Below are positions 1 through 13,176 of a DNA stretch of 64,000 bases, piece after piece. The stretch is from assembly GCF_009914755.1 (NCBI RefSeq), contig NC_060935.1; one strand, written 5' to 3'. The DNA is from the human T2T-CHM13v2.0 reference genome, Homo sapiens. The notes below the pieces were generated by a model. That model ran no database searches. It worked only from the letters and a program-made list of their open reading frames with translations, and was not told the origin of the DNA. Within the stretch, counting starts at the first letter, position 1; each line of letters begins with the position of its first letter. Made by a program: the position numbers and the translations under genes.

Positions 1-483
1 AGAAAACTTTTCCTTCCTCAGGATCTCATAGATTCATACCTATGTAATGAGCTGTTTTCCCCTGCTAGGTACCCACTTTTTACTCCTTGGTTGTAAGATA
101 TCATTGAAATGGCACCAATTGGTCTCTAGTCAATAAAATGTGACTTTATAAAGAATCAGAGCAACTTTGAAAGATGCAACCCACCCATTAGTACCCAGCT
201 TTACACAAGAACCTGATTCAATAGCTCTAGGATTGGATGATGTCCTCTAACTAGCTGCCTTTATACTCTCCTTCCAAGTTGGGGTATGGTGTTTGTGAGA
301 TCTTTGCACTTAAGCTCTACTTCACCAAAAATTGACATGTGCTGTCTAATATAACCCTCTCTACTCTGTGCACTCTAAGTAGATAATTATTTAAGTAATG
401 AATTACTCTGATGCCTTTTCTCACTCACATGACCGCAGGCAACACTGCCGCCCAGCAAACAATAAATAACAACAGCAGGAAGT

Positions 484-489
484 TTTATT
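484..489 (-). terminator. Putative distal polyadenylation signal AATAAA of ZBTB44
   Basis: tttatt on the + strand, followed on the minus strand by U/GU-rich sequence (TGTTGTTATTTATTGTTTG). Confidence 0.6.
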
Positions 490-1554
490 CCATAAAGCAT
501 AAGATATTTTAATGAGAAAACGAAAACAAAATCAAACCTTAGTCTCATGTTTCTATCTAAAGACACTCAAAACTAGTTTTTCCCTGCCCATCCCTTTCCT
601 AACTGCAACTTTATGTGTGACCATGTAATAAAGGCCAGTTTAAAGATTTTTTTTTTAAAAAAAGTTTAAACCTTTTTTAAAAAGATTAAACAATCAGGCT
701 AGCAAAAAGGTACTCAATACATATTTTCCTTATATCAAACAAGCTAATTTCAGTACAATATAACTATACAGAATATATACAATACACATGTTCACAAAGC
801 AAACACTATAGGCTCAGAACAGATTTGAAAAAACATGATATTCACATTGATTACAATAACCCTAAAAATGATTGTAACGTTGAAACGGCACTTAGTTTAC
901 AAAAAAGGTCACAAAAATATATATATATATGTAGTCACCAAGAACTATGGTTCCTGTAAAATACTAATAGCCAGATACTAGTATATAAAATGTGAAGTTC
1001 TGATATTGTATACATTTTTTGGAAATAAAATCCAAAACCATTTTTGTTATTGTCAAAAGTCAAACATGCCAAGTTAACTTAGCTATGGCCAGTGTCACCA
1101 AGTAAAGCCATACTTGAATGAGATGACGACTGGATACAAAGCTGGTGAACTGGGGACTGGCACAGTTAAGAGTTGTACTAATTCTAGGAAAGGGGTAGAA
1201 GACATAAAAACACCCATCTATGTAATTTAATTCACATTTTCTCCCCTGCATCACCTTCCCTTGAGAGTTTCACAAAATGCCAGTGCCCAGAAAGAATCAC
1301 AATGCTATAACTGGCAGGGTAAAAAAGTCCCCCCGCCCCGACTTCCTTGCTGCCGGGCTATAGGCAAATATTAAAGCATGCATCAGCTACCCAAAGCCAT
1401 CAGTCACCCATCTGGAAGACCATGGTGTACAGTTTCCGCCTAGGCTGGCTGCACTAGGAAGTACTCCAGTTTTTAAATGGAGCCAGCTTTATGTTAGCCC
1501 TGTAAAATATTGAGCTACTGTAGCAGCAAATATGACATTACAGAAAAACAAAAT

Positions 1555-1560
1555 TTTATT
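1555..1560 (-). terminator. Candidate alternative poly(A) signal AATAAA
   Basis: UGUA upstream and GU/U-rich sequence downstream on the minus strand. Confidence 0.35.
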
Positions 1561-4500
1561 TAAAAAATTGTTACATCAAAATTTTTTTCCTTCAAATCTG
1601 TGTCCTTTAACCAAACAACAGTTTCTTCTATCACTTAATTCTGGTCTTATTACCTCAGTCTGACTTTCTCATTATGCTTCTCTGGAAAGACACTTCTAAA
1701 TCCTGGAGATTAAATTTACTCTTAAAAATGGAAATACAGGAATTTTAAAGTAAAAAGAAAAGGTCTGTTCTAAAAGTTCTTTCACAAATATATATATTTA
1801 AATATTAAAATAGGCTACCTAGGATTTTTATAAAATGGCTTTTGAAAAGATAGTAGAGGCACAAAGAAGCCATATACTATCCTCCAAGTTGGACATAAGG
1901 TGCCACAAGGCTGCCCTACAAAGAGGCAGGCAATCTCTACCTGATGCAACGGGAGGCACCAGTAAACAACAGAAACATTAAATACATTATTGGGAACTTG
2001 GACCAAAACCAAATTTTACTCTATTAGGGACCGTTGCTTTTTTAAAAAATACCTTGAGATATAAGCATTAGAAGTCATCACTTTGTACAAGGAAGAAAAT
2101 GAATACAGTTTATGATCTTACTCCTTCCAAATACCTGATGTCACTCATTTCAGGTACCTGAAAGATGAAAAGCAGTGCAACTTTCAACAATTTAATGGAC
2201 TACTCTCATTATGAGAGACTTTACACAGCATCTGTCAACTTGAAAATTAAATTGGTAACTGAAATAAAAAATCGCCTAGAGAAAACACACATAAGCTAAT
2301 CCTAGAAAAGGCTCTCCTTAGAAAGCAGGTGTTTCTAAGAACTGCAGGAAAGGCTTCCCATCTTGAACACAGCTTCCACTAATACCAAGGGAAACGTGCA
2401 TTAAGAGGAGAGATGACAGGGCTCCCTTAAAGCAGGAAGATTTATCCTTCCTCAGCAGGTGATGTACTTTGGTAACCTCAACATTCATTTATGGGATGAT
2501 TTTTCATCTGTTTTATTGAATAATGAAATCTAAATGTGGCTAGATTGGCATTTGGGAAAACAAGGGCCTTTTAATAAAAGTCCTGACACTGGAGCTCCTC
2601 CCACCACTAGGCACCAATTTTATCAGTATATCGCCACAACCGTGCCTGGGACTTTAAGCTTCATCAGCAACATCAGTCAATTTAAACGAGAAAGGAACTA
2701 ATAAAAGAATTTGACTTTATAAACCAGGTACTTTGAACAAAAACTAAAAATTTTAAAGTTAAAAAAAGTTTTGTTTTTAATCCGCAGTCCTTACTCTTAA
2801 GTTCTCTGTAAACTATTATGCACACAGAAACCTTGGTATTAGCTGAAGCCGGCCTGGGTCTTGCACAGTGGGGGTTTACTTAAGTAAAAGTAGCACAAAC
2901 ATTTCAAAGACAATCTCAATTTTTCAGATACTGCCAAACCGAGATACCAATAACATCTGAAATCTTTGCAGAGACTATTTATAAAAACATGGAAGTGTTT
3001 TTATTTTCCCATCATAAAAATATAATCACGATAGAGTGGAAATGTCTAACTGTATTAGTTTAGTAAAAAGTTAAAAAAAAGTATGACCACTGATGGTACT
3101 GGTACTACAAGTCTTCATCCCATAACTGACACAGGCTTAACCCCCCATAAATATTACAACATCTCAACTTATCTATCGTCTAAAATGAAACATCCAGAGA
3201 GCGACTGTTCTTAGTTGAGCCTGGGATTGAATCAATTCCACTTTATTGTTTAATCTGAACCATTATTGCTTTTGGCTAATTCATCTTGCTGAGGACTTTC
3301 CAAATAAAAATACTCTGTCACCATACTGTCAAGCAAAAACGACAATGAAAGATAAAAATGGGTATAGGCAAAATAAGGAACAACTTAATTTAAATGTTCA
3401 TAGTTTGAGTTTAAAGCCTGTGGGAGTATGCTTAGTTTTAATATTCCTCATAGACATGTTTGCCACAACAGAGCTTCCTTGTTACCCCAATTTTGTTTCA
3501 CTGCTTCAGAAAAGAAAATTTAGCTTTTATACATTCATCTCTCAATAACTTTCAAAATCTAAATATATTACAAATAAAGCATCTTACGTCAATAACTTAC
3601 TTACAGTGAAAACTACATTTATTTATTACCTTCTGGCAACTTTGGGTCTGTTTCTTCTAACTGTAAACTTCACACTAGTTTTTTTTTCCCAGTTAGTATT
3701 AATATTTAGAAAATTTTTAATTCTCATTCACTTGGATGTGTATTTCAGAATTACAGCTTCATACTTTGCAGATGACTGAAACAAAGTAACATATGAAAGT
3801 TTCTAATTCTTTTGTTCATTCCACAAATCTCAAACTTCAGCTAAAATATTAAAATTTTAGGATTATTCATTCAAGTAATAAGTCTCTGTTACAGAATTGC
3901 CACATTATACAGTAATGTATTTTTCAAGGACTATTAAAGCTAAAAGGGACTAAAACATAATCTGAGAATCTTCAAGAATAAAAGCTGATAAAATAGATAA
4001 CTGGCCTCTATTTAGATTAAGAGAAAAAATTAGAAATAAAAGACTGAAAGATTTAATACAGCTTCCAAAGGCTCCCAAGAGAACCATTTATAAACTGGGA
4101 GAGTCTCCTGAACCAGCCTATTAGTTAGAAGGTAACTGAGTTACCAATAATTATGGACATCAGATGTATTGACTAGTCTATTTCATTTGGCAAAGTATTT
4201 TAACAAGATGAAAGTTTTTTTTTTTTTTTTTTTTTTGCTAGTTATTAAGAACAAAGGGCATGTGTCGTAACAGGGGATCTAATTACTGTAAGCCAGAATG
4301 ATTGCTGAAATGTCAAAATGTAAGATTGAATGAGGCTATTTAAACATTTTAGTATATTTTGTCTTACTGAAATTGATAAAAAAAAAAAACTGGCAATGTA
4401 ACTAAATGCGTAACTAATTACTTGAAATAAAAAGATTACTTGAAATTCAAATTAAGAAAAATCCATTTAAATATATTTGTGGGTGATAATCTCCATCTGC

Positions 4501-6534
4501 ATCCATTTATATAAAACTTAAAATGCCAAAAAATAAAGACCAATATTAATCTCTTTATTTCTGAATGAGATGAAATCACTGACATGTTTGATGCTTCCAC
4601 TATTAGAATATACCCTTTAAACACGAAAAGAACAACTGCAGGAGCTTTAACATCCATTATCATGGGTGAACATCTTTGTTTACTTCTAAAGTACATCACA
4701 CCTATTTGGTAGTTAAAAAACTGAAAATAAAAGCTTGTACAAAATGCTTGGTTTTAAAAAGGCAATTTATTCTGCATTCTGAAATTTAAGCCCTTTAGAT
4801 ACCACAAAGTTACCCTCCTGGCCTTAAGAAAGATAGCTACGTTTAAGCACTCTAAACTGGAATATTTATGTTTAGTTACACTGGTAATTTCTAATGAATG
4901 GGATAATATAACTGGCTATCTCTTTGCAATATTTTCAATATGTCCTGGTAAAAATTATGCATCTAGGCATCCCTAAGATGAATTTGAAATAAACCTAAAT
5001 ACTACTATATATACAATTATCCCTTGCAAATCTGTTTCCTAAAACAGATCCATAAACAGATCCAATATCCTTAAAGTACATATATATCAAGAAAAATGTA
5101 CCCTCACTGAAATAGAAAAAGGCCTTTATTTGTATCATTTTATGTTAAATACTGGTTAGTTACTGGTATTGATAAGATCTGGGCAGCAGACAACTAACCA
5201 GATATGCATTTTCACAGTATATTCAGATTTCCCATAAAACTTGGCAATGTGTATTACCAGTGAAAATCTAAAGTTTCTACTTGGGAAGGAATACCCAGTG
5301 ATGGGTAATCCCTCATTCTGAGAACACAGTCAGAATATCTTGGAGCTACCAACATTGTGCTTGGCTCTTAATGCGAAGTTTTCAGGGTTGGGGATGTGCT
5401 AAAAACACTTTTAACCAATCAATCTGCAAACCATTCTTACACGTTTCTCTTCTTTATTCTTCTTTCCTTCTTTTCTTTTTTCTTTCCTCTTGCTCTTTCA
5501 AAAACCACCTCTTGGAACTAAGGGTAACAATGATTCCTGGTCATAATTTTACCTATTCTTGTCAATACAGATTTTAAAATTAATTTTGAGATTTATCTAT
5601 TGCTAGGCCTAACAGTTTTCAAAGACCACAACGTAACATTAAAATTCCTGACCTTTCCAGTTGAGACACAGCAGTACTATATGAAGTATTATAGTCTGCT
5701 GCAGAAAGTAATGCAACCCTATCAGTGAAGAAGCATAAATGGTGGGAGCCTATCATAACCTGTATATGCTGATTCTCCTGAAGGGAACACACCTATGTTT
5801 GGCAGCAAATGGGTAAAAACAAGTTCATGAGTGAGGTAAAGAGTTGAAAACAAGTTAAGGACTGCAGAATATGGGCAGACACAGAGAATCTTAACCTAAA
5901 ACAGTTCTAAGGAATTTAATTTACTTTTCCTTTCTTCACATGTTTTTGGGGAAAAAATTACAGAATTAGCCAATCTAAAAAAATGAAACAAATCACTATA
6001 ATTAAAAATATATACATTTAGTATGGTCTAGCACCTGAACAAAATTCAGATCTTGTGTTTTGACTAAAGAACTGTATTTTCTGTCTATCAAATCAGGTGC
6101 TCTCATAATTATTAAACTTTGGGTATCTACACAGAAACTTATTCCAAAGTTCACTGCTCATGGACTTACAAATATTTAGGATCAATATTAGAGATGCTTT
6201 AATGGCACCAGATGAAAAGTATACCCAAGTCTAGAGGATCATACAAATTTCAACTACAGACCAGAAAGTTTCATATTTTTAGCAGCAGAAATAATATTCA
6301 TTAGTTTAAGGTTTTCAGTTTCTCATTAGTCTTAATAATTTTTTTCTCCCAGATTTATGAGTCATAGATGAAAATCTTACAGTCTATACTCTTCATTGTT
6401 GCCTACGTTGTGTAAAAACTATAGTTAACTGTTTTTAATAACTTTGCAATGTCTAAAAATAAATATGTAAGGACAATGTATCGCTGTCATATGGGATTCA
6501 GTAAACAATCTAGTTGGGTTAAGAATGCAGCCTT

Positions 6535-6830
6535 GGCCGGTGCAGTGATCCCAGCAGTCTGGGAGGCCAAAGGAGGAGGATCACTTGGTCTAGGAGTTCA
6601 AGACCAGCCTGGGCACCATAGTGAGACCTCATCTCTACAAAAAATAAAAATGAAGTTAACCAGGTGTGGTGGAGCATGCCTATAATCCTAGATACTCAAG
6701 AGGCTGAGGCAGGAGAATGGCCTGAGCCCAGGAGTTCGAAGCTGCAGTGAGCTATGACTTAGCCACTATACTCCAGCCTGGGCAACAGAGTGAGATGCCA
6801 TTCTTTTAAAAAAAAAGAAAAAAAAAAAGA
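6535..6830 (+). mobile_element. Alu (AluJ-like)
   Basis: Dimeric Alu with A tail; TSD-like aagaatg(c/t)agcct on both sides. Confidence 0.9.
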
Positions 6831-7157
6831 ATGTAGCCTCAATAGAGAATTATTTATTATGTCCAAAAGAGCACAATGAAAACATCCCCAACAACACATA
6901 AACCTATATATAAAATATAGAATATCTCCAGTATTTTTACTTTATATGGCAGCACGCCAATATATGCAAGAGAACATATTGATGGGGCAGGGGGAAAACT
7001 GATCCGGGCAATGACACAGTCAGGCATTACATTCGGAGACCAGGTAAACAGCAATTTTAATCTGAAAAGCAGTATGAGAAGAGTTCCTATGAAGCTGGGA
7101 TTTACATACTTCATTCTCCGTTCCTGGTCATTTCATCCACAGCTTGACTGTTGTCAA

Positions 7158-7184
7158 TCATGGTTCCTTGCCTTTGGAGTGGTA
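7158..7184 (-). CDS. ZBTB44: ZBTB44 exon 7 coding part YHSKGKEP* (exon ~7110-7184); completes the 570-aa isoform
   Basis: Acceptor ctctgtacctttatAG|TAC, donor GAA|GTATGT at 7110. Summed CDS is 1713 nt = 570 aa, matching the length and C-terminus I recall for canonical ZBTB44. Confidence 0.85.
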   Translation of the reverse strand, partial: YHSKGKEP

Positions 7185-7792
7185 CTATAAAGGTACAGAG
7201 AATGCCCATCTCAGTACCAAAATTTCACCATGAAAAATCATAACAGAAATGACAAAGCTTAAAGAAAAGTACGCCGGATTTCAGAAGTATTTACCATAAT
7301 AATTTTTAAGAAAGCTTACCATAAATACTTCCAAAAACAACAGGCTTTACAAAATATTATACAACATCCTGTGTACAGCAGTAAGTATCTACTCAGGCCA
7401 TTTGTCAAGCTGTTTAGTAATTAGTTTCTCATGTACCCTCTTGTCTCAAGAAGGTCAATAATCATCTGATTTCCTCTCTAGCTAATGATCTGTTGTTAGC
7501 CTACTTTTAACAATGGAAGAAGGAACTGGTATATGTTTTAAGTCAACCAGTTCTCCTTAAGTCTCATAGTTTCTGTTTCAACATCATGTTATTGTGTACT
7601 TACAGAAGCAATCTCTCAGTTAGGAAAAATAAAATCAGTTTCAGGGCTCAGAAAGTAAAAAGGGAAATTCTTTCCCAATCTCCCCCTCCCTCCCACCCGG
7701 CTTTTTTTGTTTAAAAAATTAAATTAAATTTAAATGTACAAGACCAAGCACAGGCACTTTCCAAAAAACAAAACTGAAGCCAAATCACAAAA

Positions 7793-8075
7793 CTACTCAA
7801 TAGTTATAGAAGACAGCTCTGATTTTGGGGGGTCATCTCTGGTTGCCTCAGCACAAGCACTGCTCTTTGGCTGCTCTGGCACTTCTTCCTCTTTTTCTGC
7901 CAGCCCACCAAGAGACCCCAAGGGAAAAGTGCTTTCACAATTCTGGGTTGAGGAGACCTGTGAAATGACAGGCATTTGAACAGAGGAGTTGCTTTCAAAA
8001 CCGTGTTCTCCAAGATCATATTGAACAAGGGTCTCTTCTTGTTCCTGGTTTAAGTAGTCCGGTACTAGGAAATCA
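7793..8075 (-). CDS. ZBTB44: ZBTB44 exon 6. Read-through form ends ...ELSSITIE* at 7793 (616 aa). Spliced form uses the donor at 7958
   Basis: Acceptor cctcttatctAG|TGAT at 8075; frame SDFLVPDYLNQEQEETLVQYDLGEHGFESNSSVQMPVISQ...; internal donor CAG|GTCTCC at 7958. Confidence 0.9.
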
Positions 8076-9324
8076 CTAGATAAGAGGCAAAGGATGAAAT
8101 ATGGAATTAATTTTCAAACCAGTAATAGATAAGCAACAGTAAAAAGCTCTGATTTATACAACAAAATTGGGACTCTTCATTTCACTAATTGTTCAGTGAA
8201 GATTAAAACTCAGGAACTTTCAACTTATAAACTTTCCTAAATATGAACCAAAACATCCATTAAAACCAAAATGTATCAATCTTCCCCACCACCAATACAT
8301 CAGGTTAATTATCACTTTCATTATAACTCTGGACACCTTAACAGCCTTTCTTGTTCTATGTAGAGGAGTTTCTATATACAAAACAAATGTAGCATGCTCA
8401 CTTAAACAAAGATCATCTGAGTAACTTTAATGCTAAACTTTTCTTGATTATACATTGAGTAAGAGATATATAAACCTAGCTTTGTATTACTAAACTTGAC
8501 ATAGGTTAGTTAAGAAACTAAGTCCTTATGCATAAATGACCTGATACATAATCTACTATAAAGTTGGGAAATGTAGAAAGTAATTTATGTGTATCCTGCT
8601 ATTACATTTGGTATATGAAAATACTAATAAAGAATTTGGAAATGAATGCCTTGAGATTGGTTATGTGATAATCCTCAAAACGTGTTCAATTATTGGTCCC
8701 CACAGGCAACATGGACAGTAAAATATACTAAAAACAGTGGCTACTTTCCTTAAGTGATGAAATAGAAAATATTTTAAATTTCTTCTTCATACTTTTCTGT
8801 ATTTCCTAAATTTCCTACTTATAAGCATCTTTTGGTAATTGAAACTAAGTATGTGAAATAAGTCTTATCTTAGAGGCTTTATTTAAATCTTTATTACTGA
8901 ACTAAGAACTTCATTATACCATAATTGTCAATAATATATGTACTTAGACTTGATAAGGTTATTTTATAATTTCATTGTTCAGTATTAATAAAAAATTAAA
9001 ATCTGTTCATCTGCAAAGTAATTTAGAATGCCCTATGTTATATTTTCTAAAAAGTCTTCATTCAGGTGTTAGAGAAGAAGAATGGAGAATACAGGGCTCT
9101 GTACAGGGACGATAAAGATAACATGAGTAGTTAACAGGAACACTATTTTAGTCCTGAACAAACTATGTTTAATATGATATGTATAACCTAAGGTTTAGTG
9201 ATATGGCAACCACACATTCAGAATTAGAGATGACTGCATTAAACAAAATGAATGTCTGGTTTGAAGGGAAAAACAAAATCTACGCAGGAATAATTTGGAA
9301 TTTGTTTACAAATAAGGTTTTAAG

Positions 9325-9784
9325 TCAGGGGTGGTGCCCACACTTGTAGCCCCAGCAGGAGAACTGCTTGACCTCAGGAGTTCGAGGCTGCAGTGCACTA
9401 TGATTGTGTCTATGAACAGCCACTGCACTTCAGCCTGGGCAACACTGCAAGACCCTATCTATTCAATTAAAAAAAAAAAAGGTTTTAAAAATAAGGGTGA
9501 TTTAAAATGTAAAGATTTGGGCTGGGCATGGTGGCTCACGCCTGTAATCCCACAGCACTTTGGGAGGCTGAAGCAGGCGGATCACTTGAGGTCAGGGGTT
9601 CGAGATCAGACTGGCCAACATGGTGAAACCCCATCTCTACTAAAAATACAAATATTAGCTGGGTGTAGTGGTGGGCACCTGTAATCCCAGCTACTCAGGA
9701 GGCTGAGGTTGCAGTAAGCCGAAATCGTGCCACTGCATTCCAGCCTGGGTGACAGTGAGACTCCATCTCAAAAAAAAAAAAAAG
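9325..9784 (+). mobile_element. Alu monomer fragment (9325-9480) followed by an AluS with an internal deletion (9520-9784)
   Basis: Alu consensus motifs and A tails. Confidence 0.85.
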
Positions 9785-10594
9785 AAAGATTTGTAAAAAT
9801 TTCATTTTATGAGAAACTAAGGATTCCTACAGAAGTACAATTCTTATAAACAATTTAAAACAACAGTTTTATATCTAGAGAAGGCCTTAGAAACCATCGT
9901 TTAAAGCTTACATTTTATCTTTCTCTAAGTTTCAAGCTTTTTCATGTGTAAAGTGACAGGTTTAATCAACAGCAGTTAGTGGCAGAGCTAGATCTAGAAG
10001 CTGATTTCCTGGGATGCCCTATAAATCAGAAAGGTAATTCTATTATAAATTAATATTACAAGAATAGAGCTCTAAACTGAATGAAAATAGCAATGACTTC
10101 ATGATCTAAACCATCACACCCACTATAGTTGCCTTTGAAATTTTTCTTACTGGCCAATGGCTATTCCTTTATATAGAATATTTTTAAATAGAGAGAAGTG
10201 GTAAAGAATTTTATTAACATCTAGAGTCTGGAGTAATCCAGTATCACTAAGCATCATCTGACATGGTAAAATTTCCAGTAAGATCTATTTAAGGTCCATT
10301 ACAGAATTACTTAAACCTTGTATTATTTAAAAAATATCTCAAGAGGACAAGTAGTCTACTTCTGCAGGAAAATATTTTTAATACCAACTATAAAATGTTT
10401 ATAATTTTATATACGTAGAAGACTCAGCAAAATTTTATCAGATCAGGAGATTAGAGTATGAACAGTGGGAATCCGTAACAAATGTGACTGACTAGCTGGC
10501 AACCTGATGTAAAAACACAGAAGGCTGCCCTAAAAGCAGGAAAAGAGAGTTTAGAAAGCAGTTTTCCTGGTTGGGTTTTCGTTGTGCACCTCAC

Positions 10595-10895
10595 CTGCTC
10601 TGGAAGTAGTTTGCTAGCTCTGATGCTTCATGGTTCAGACTCCTCAGGTTCACGATTAAATTTCCAGAGTTGGTGAACATGGCGCCACATGTTTTGCACT
10701 CGTAAATCCGAGGCTTGCGGATAATGTGCCGGGAAACCCTCATGTGGTGTTTATATTCCCCGAAGGAAGTGAAAGTGGCACTACATATCTGGCACCGGAA
10801 ACAGCGTTTACCTTCATGCTTTAGGCGATGCATCTTTAGCGAGTAAGCCCTGGTGAACTTTTTCCCACAGCGGTCACACTGAAATGGTTTAATTC
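10595..10895 (-). CDS. ZBTB44: ZBTB44 exon 5 (301 nt): C2H2 fingers 2-4, with an internal alternative donor at 10812
   Basis: Acceptor tttacAG|GAATT, donor GCAG|GTGAGG. Translates GIKPFQCDRCGKKFTRAYSLKMHRLKH...FRCQIC...YECKTC... Confidence 0.96.
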
Positions 10896-12245
10896 CTGTA
10901 AATAAAGCAAAACAAAATATCTAAAAACAAAAATAAACTGAAAAGTCATAAACCCTACAAATTTCTGAACTATATTTCTGTAGCAACAGATCATCTGAAA
11001 AGGCAAGAATTACCAGCAAAAACATATTCTAATTGAGTATCTCAGAAAATGTGCAGAATATGTGAAAAGTCACAAGTGCTTAAAAAGGAAAAGAAAAAAA
11101 GGCAGTAGGGGAGGCAAACTAGGTAACGTCTACTGAAGCTGATTTTTGAATGCTTTTCTAGATCATCTATTTTACTAACTTCAAAACACAATTTAACTAC
11201 AGTATGTAGACAGAACCCAAATCCCCACTAACAGCACATATTATTTCATTTCATTAGAGGTTTACATTGAACGGATATGAAAATCATCAGTACCTACTCT
11301 CTGTTCCCTATCTCACAGAGAAACGAGAAGAAAGAACAATTTTAACATCTCTGAATGTAATGAGCATGACAGAACCATCATTTGATATAATGGGTTTTTT
11401 TGGGTAATATGATGTAATATTGATAGAAATAAATGAGTTATAAAGTGTATTAATAGTCTCCTCAAATTCATTATCACAGTGTTTTGGGGAAAAAATTTTA
11501 AAACCTTTCAAAACACAGTCTACGGATTGAACAAAGTCACAGAGAATTGGTGCTAGGACAGGGACTGTAAGACCTATCTACAGAAGGGGAAAGTGAGATA
11601 GTAACTCACGCAGCTGAAAACAGCAGCAAAGATCTCTTACTCGTCAGAGGTCAGTGTTTTACCCACAAGAATCCTGTTGCCTTCATGTGATTACTGAACT
11701 AAAATTTCAAATCCCCTCTATACATTTATCCAAAATCTCTGTTATGTTTAAAAAAATACAAACTACAAAGCTGACTCATCAGGGCACACAGAGATTTAGG
11801 ACTGTAGAATTGAAAGTAAATTAGCAAGAAAATATTACATTTTTAAACACACTTTTATTTGGGAAAAATTTCAAACTTAAAGAGACATTATAAGAAGAAC
11901 AGCACAAAGAACACCCATACAGACCCTTTTAACCCTATTTGCTTTACCATCTGTGTTTGTGATTCTCTATCTCACCTCTATGTGCACACCTAATATGTCT
12001 TTTTATTTACAAAGTACTCACTCCATATCACCTTATGTTCTTTTAATCAGAATACTCAACACCCGTGGCAAGCAGCTTTCTGACACTGCATCATTTCAGC
12101 AATAAACCTTAGCTAATCTGTTTTCATTTGACTTCCCAGAGTTTTTTTTAAAACTCAGAAGCCCCTGTTTTCTATTTTAACTGGGACTGCAAAATAAAAT
12201 GTTTTAGAGCGTTCACTTACGCACCAACAGGGAAGGTGACATTAC

Positions 12246-12409
12246 CTGAGTGGATGAGCATGTGCTGCTTTAGGTTCTGAATACGGGTGAATCGCACCCC
12301 GCAGGTTGGACACTGAAAAGGTCTGTCGGGACCATTTGGACTTGGTCGCTCTGTACTGCTGGTGGAAGGAGCAATGTAGAGTTGGTAGGGATACTGAACA
12401 TTTTCCAAT
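12246..12409 (-). CDS. ZBTB44: ZBTB44 exon 4 (164 nt), contains C2H2 finger 1 (FQCPTCGVRFTRIQNLKQHMLIH)
   Basis: Acceptor gttttttttAG|ATTG, donor CTCAG|GTAATG; phases 2/1 consistent. Confidence 0.96.
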
Positions 12410-13176
12410 CTAAAAAAAACAGACCAAAGAAGGCAACCAGGCTCTGATTTTTAAACTGAATAAACACTGCTATAGGTCAATTTTAAATGAAAAAAGATAA
12501 AACACTTAAAGACTTTTTGAAACAGTTTAACTGTTAGACTTCAAGTTTTACTTTAACAATATGAAAAACAATGTTAATGTCCAGAATGCCTTTTGTTTTT
12601 TTTTTTTATTTTTTGAGACGGAGTTAGGCAGAAGTCATATCGTGTAGGGCTTTAGAAGGCATAGCAAGGCCTATAGATTTTAGGTATGAATAAAGAATGT
12701 TAAGAATCTATAGCTTAAAACAGTGACATAATCTGACTTAATTAAAAAAGAAAAGATGATTTTGGCTGCTACATGGAAAATGGATTAGGGGAAGAATGCA
12801 ATCAGAGGCTACTTTGAAGGTTATTGCAGTAGTCAAGGCAAAAGATGGTGGTGACTTAGAGTAGGGTGGCTACAGTACAGATTAGAAAAGTAGACAGGGA
12901 TATATTTTATAGGCAGAGTTGACAGGACTTAAGGATTAACTACGAGGGAGATGAAGAGTGGTAAGGAAAAAAGATTAAGAACAATCCTCAGAGATTTTGC
13001 TTGAGAAATTAGGGGATAATGATGATGCTTACTGAAATGGGAGAAAGGCTGGAGAAGCAGGATTCAGACAAGGAGTTAGAAATCAAGAGTTCTGTCTTGG
13101 CCTTGTTAAATGTGAAATGCCCTTTATACATTTATGTGGAAATATCAAGCAGGGAGGGAGTTATGGGTATACAGAT

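Larger units (their letters stand above)
465..5517 (-). other. ZBTB44: ZBTB44 terminal non-coding exon (long 3'UTR)
   Basis: Candidate acceptor ttgttacccttAG|TTCC at 5517; ~5 kb of repeat-free AU-rich sequence ending after AATAAA. Ends are approximate. Confidence 0.65.
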
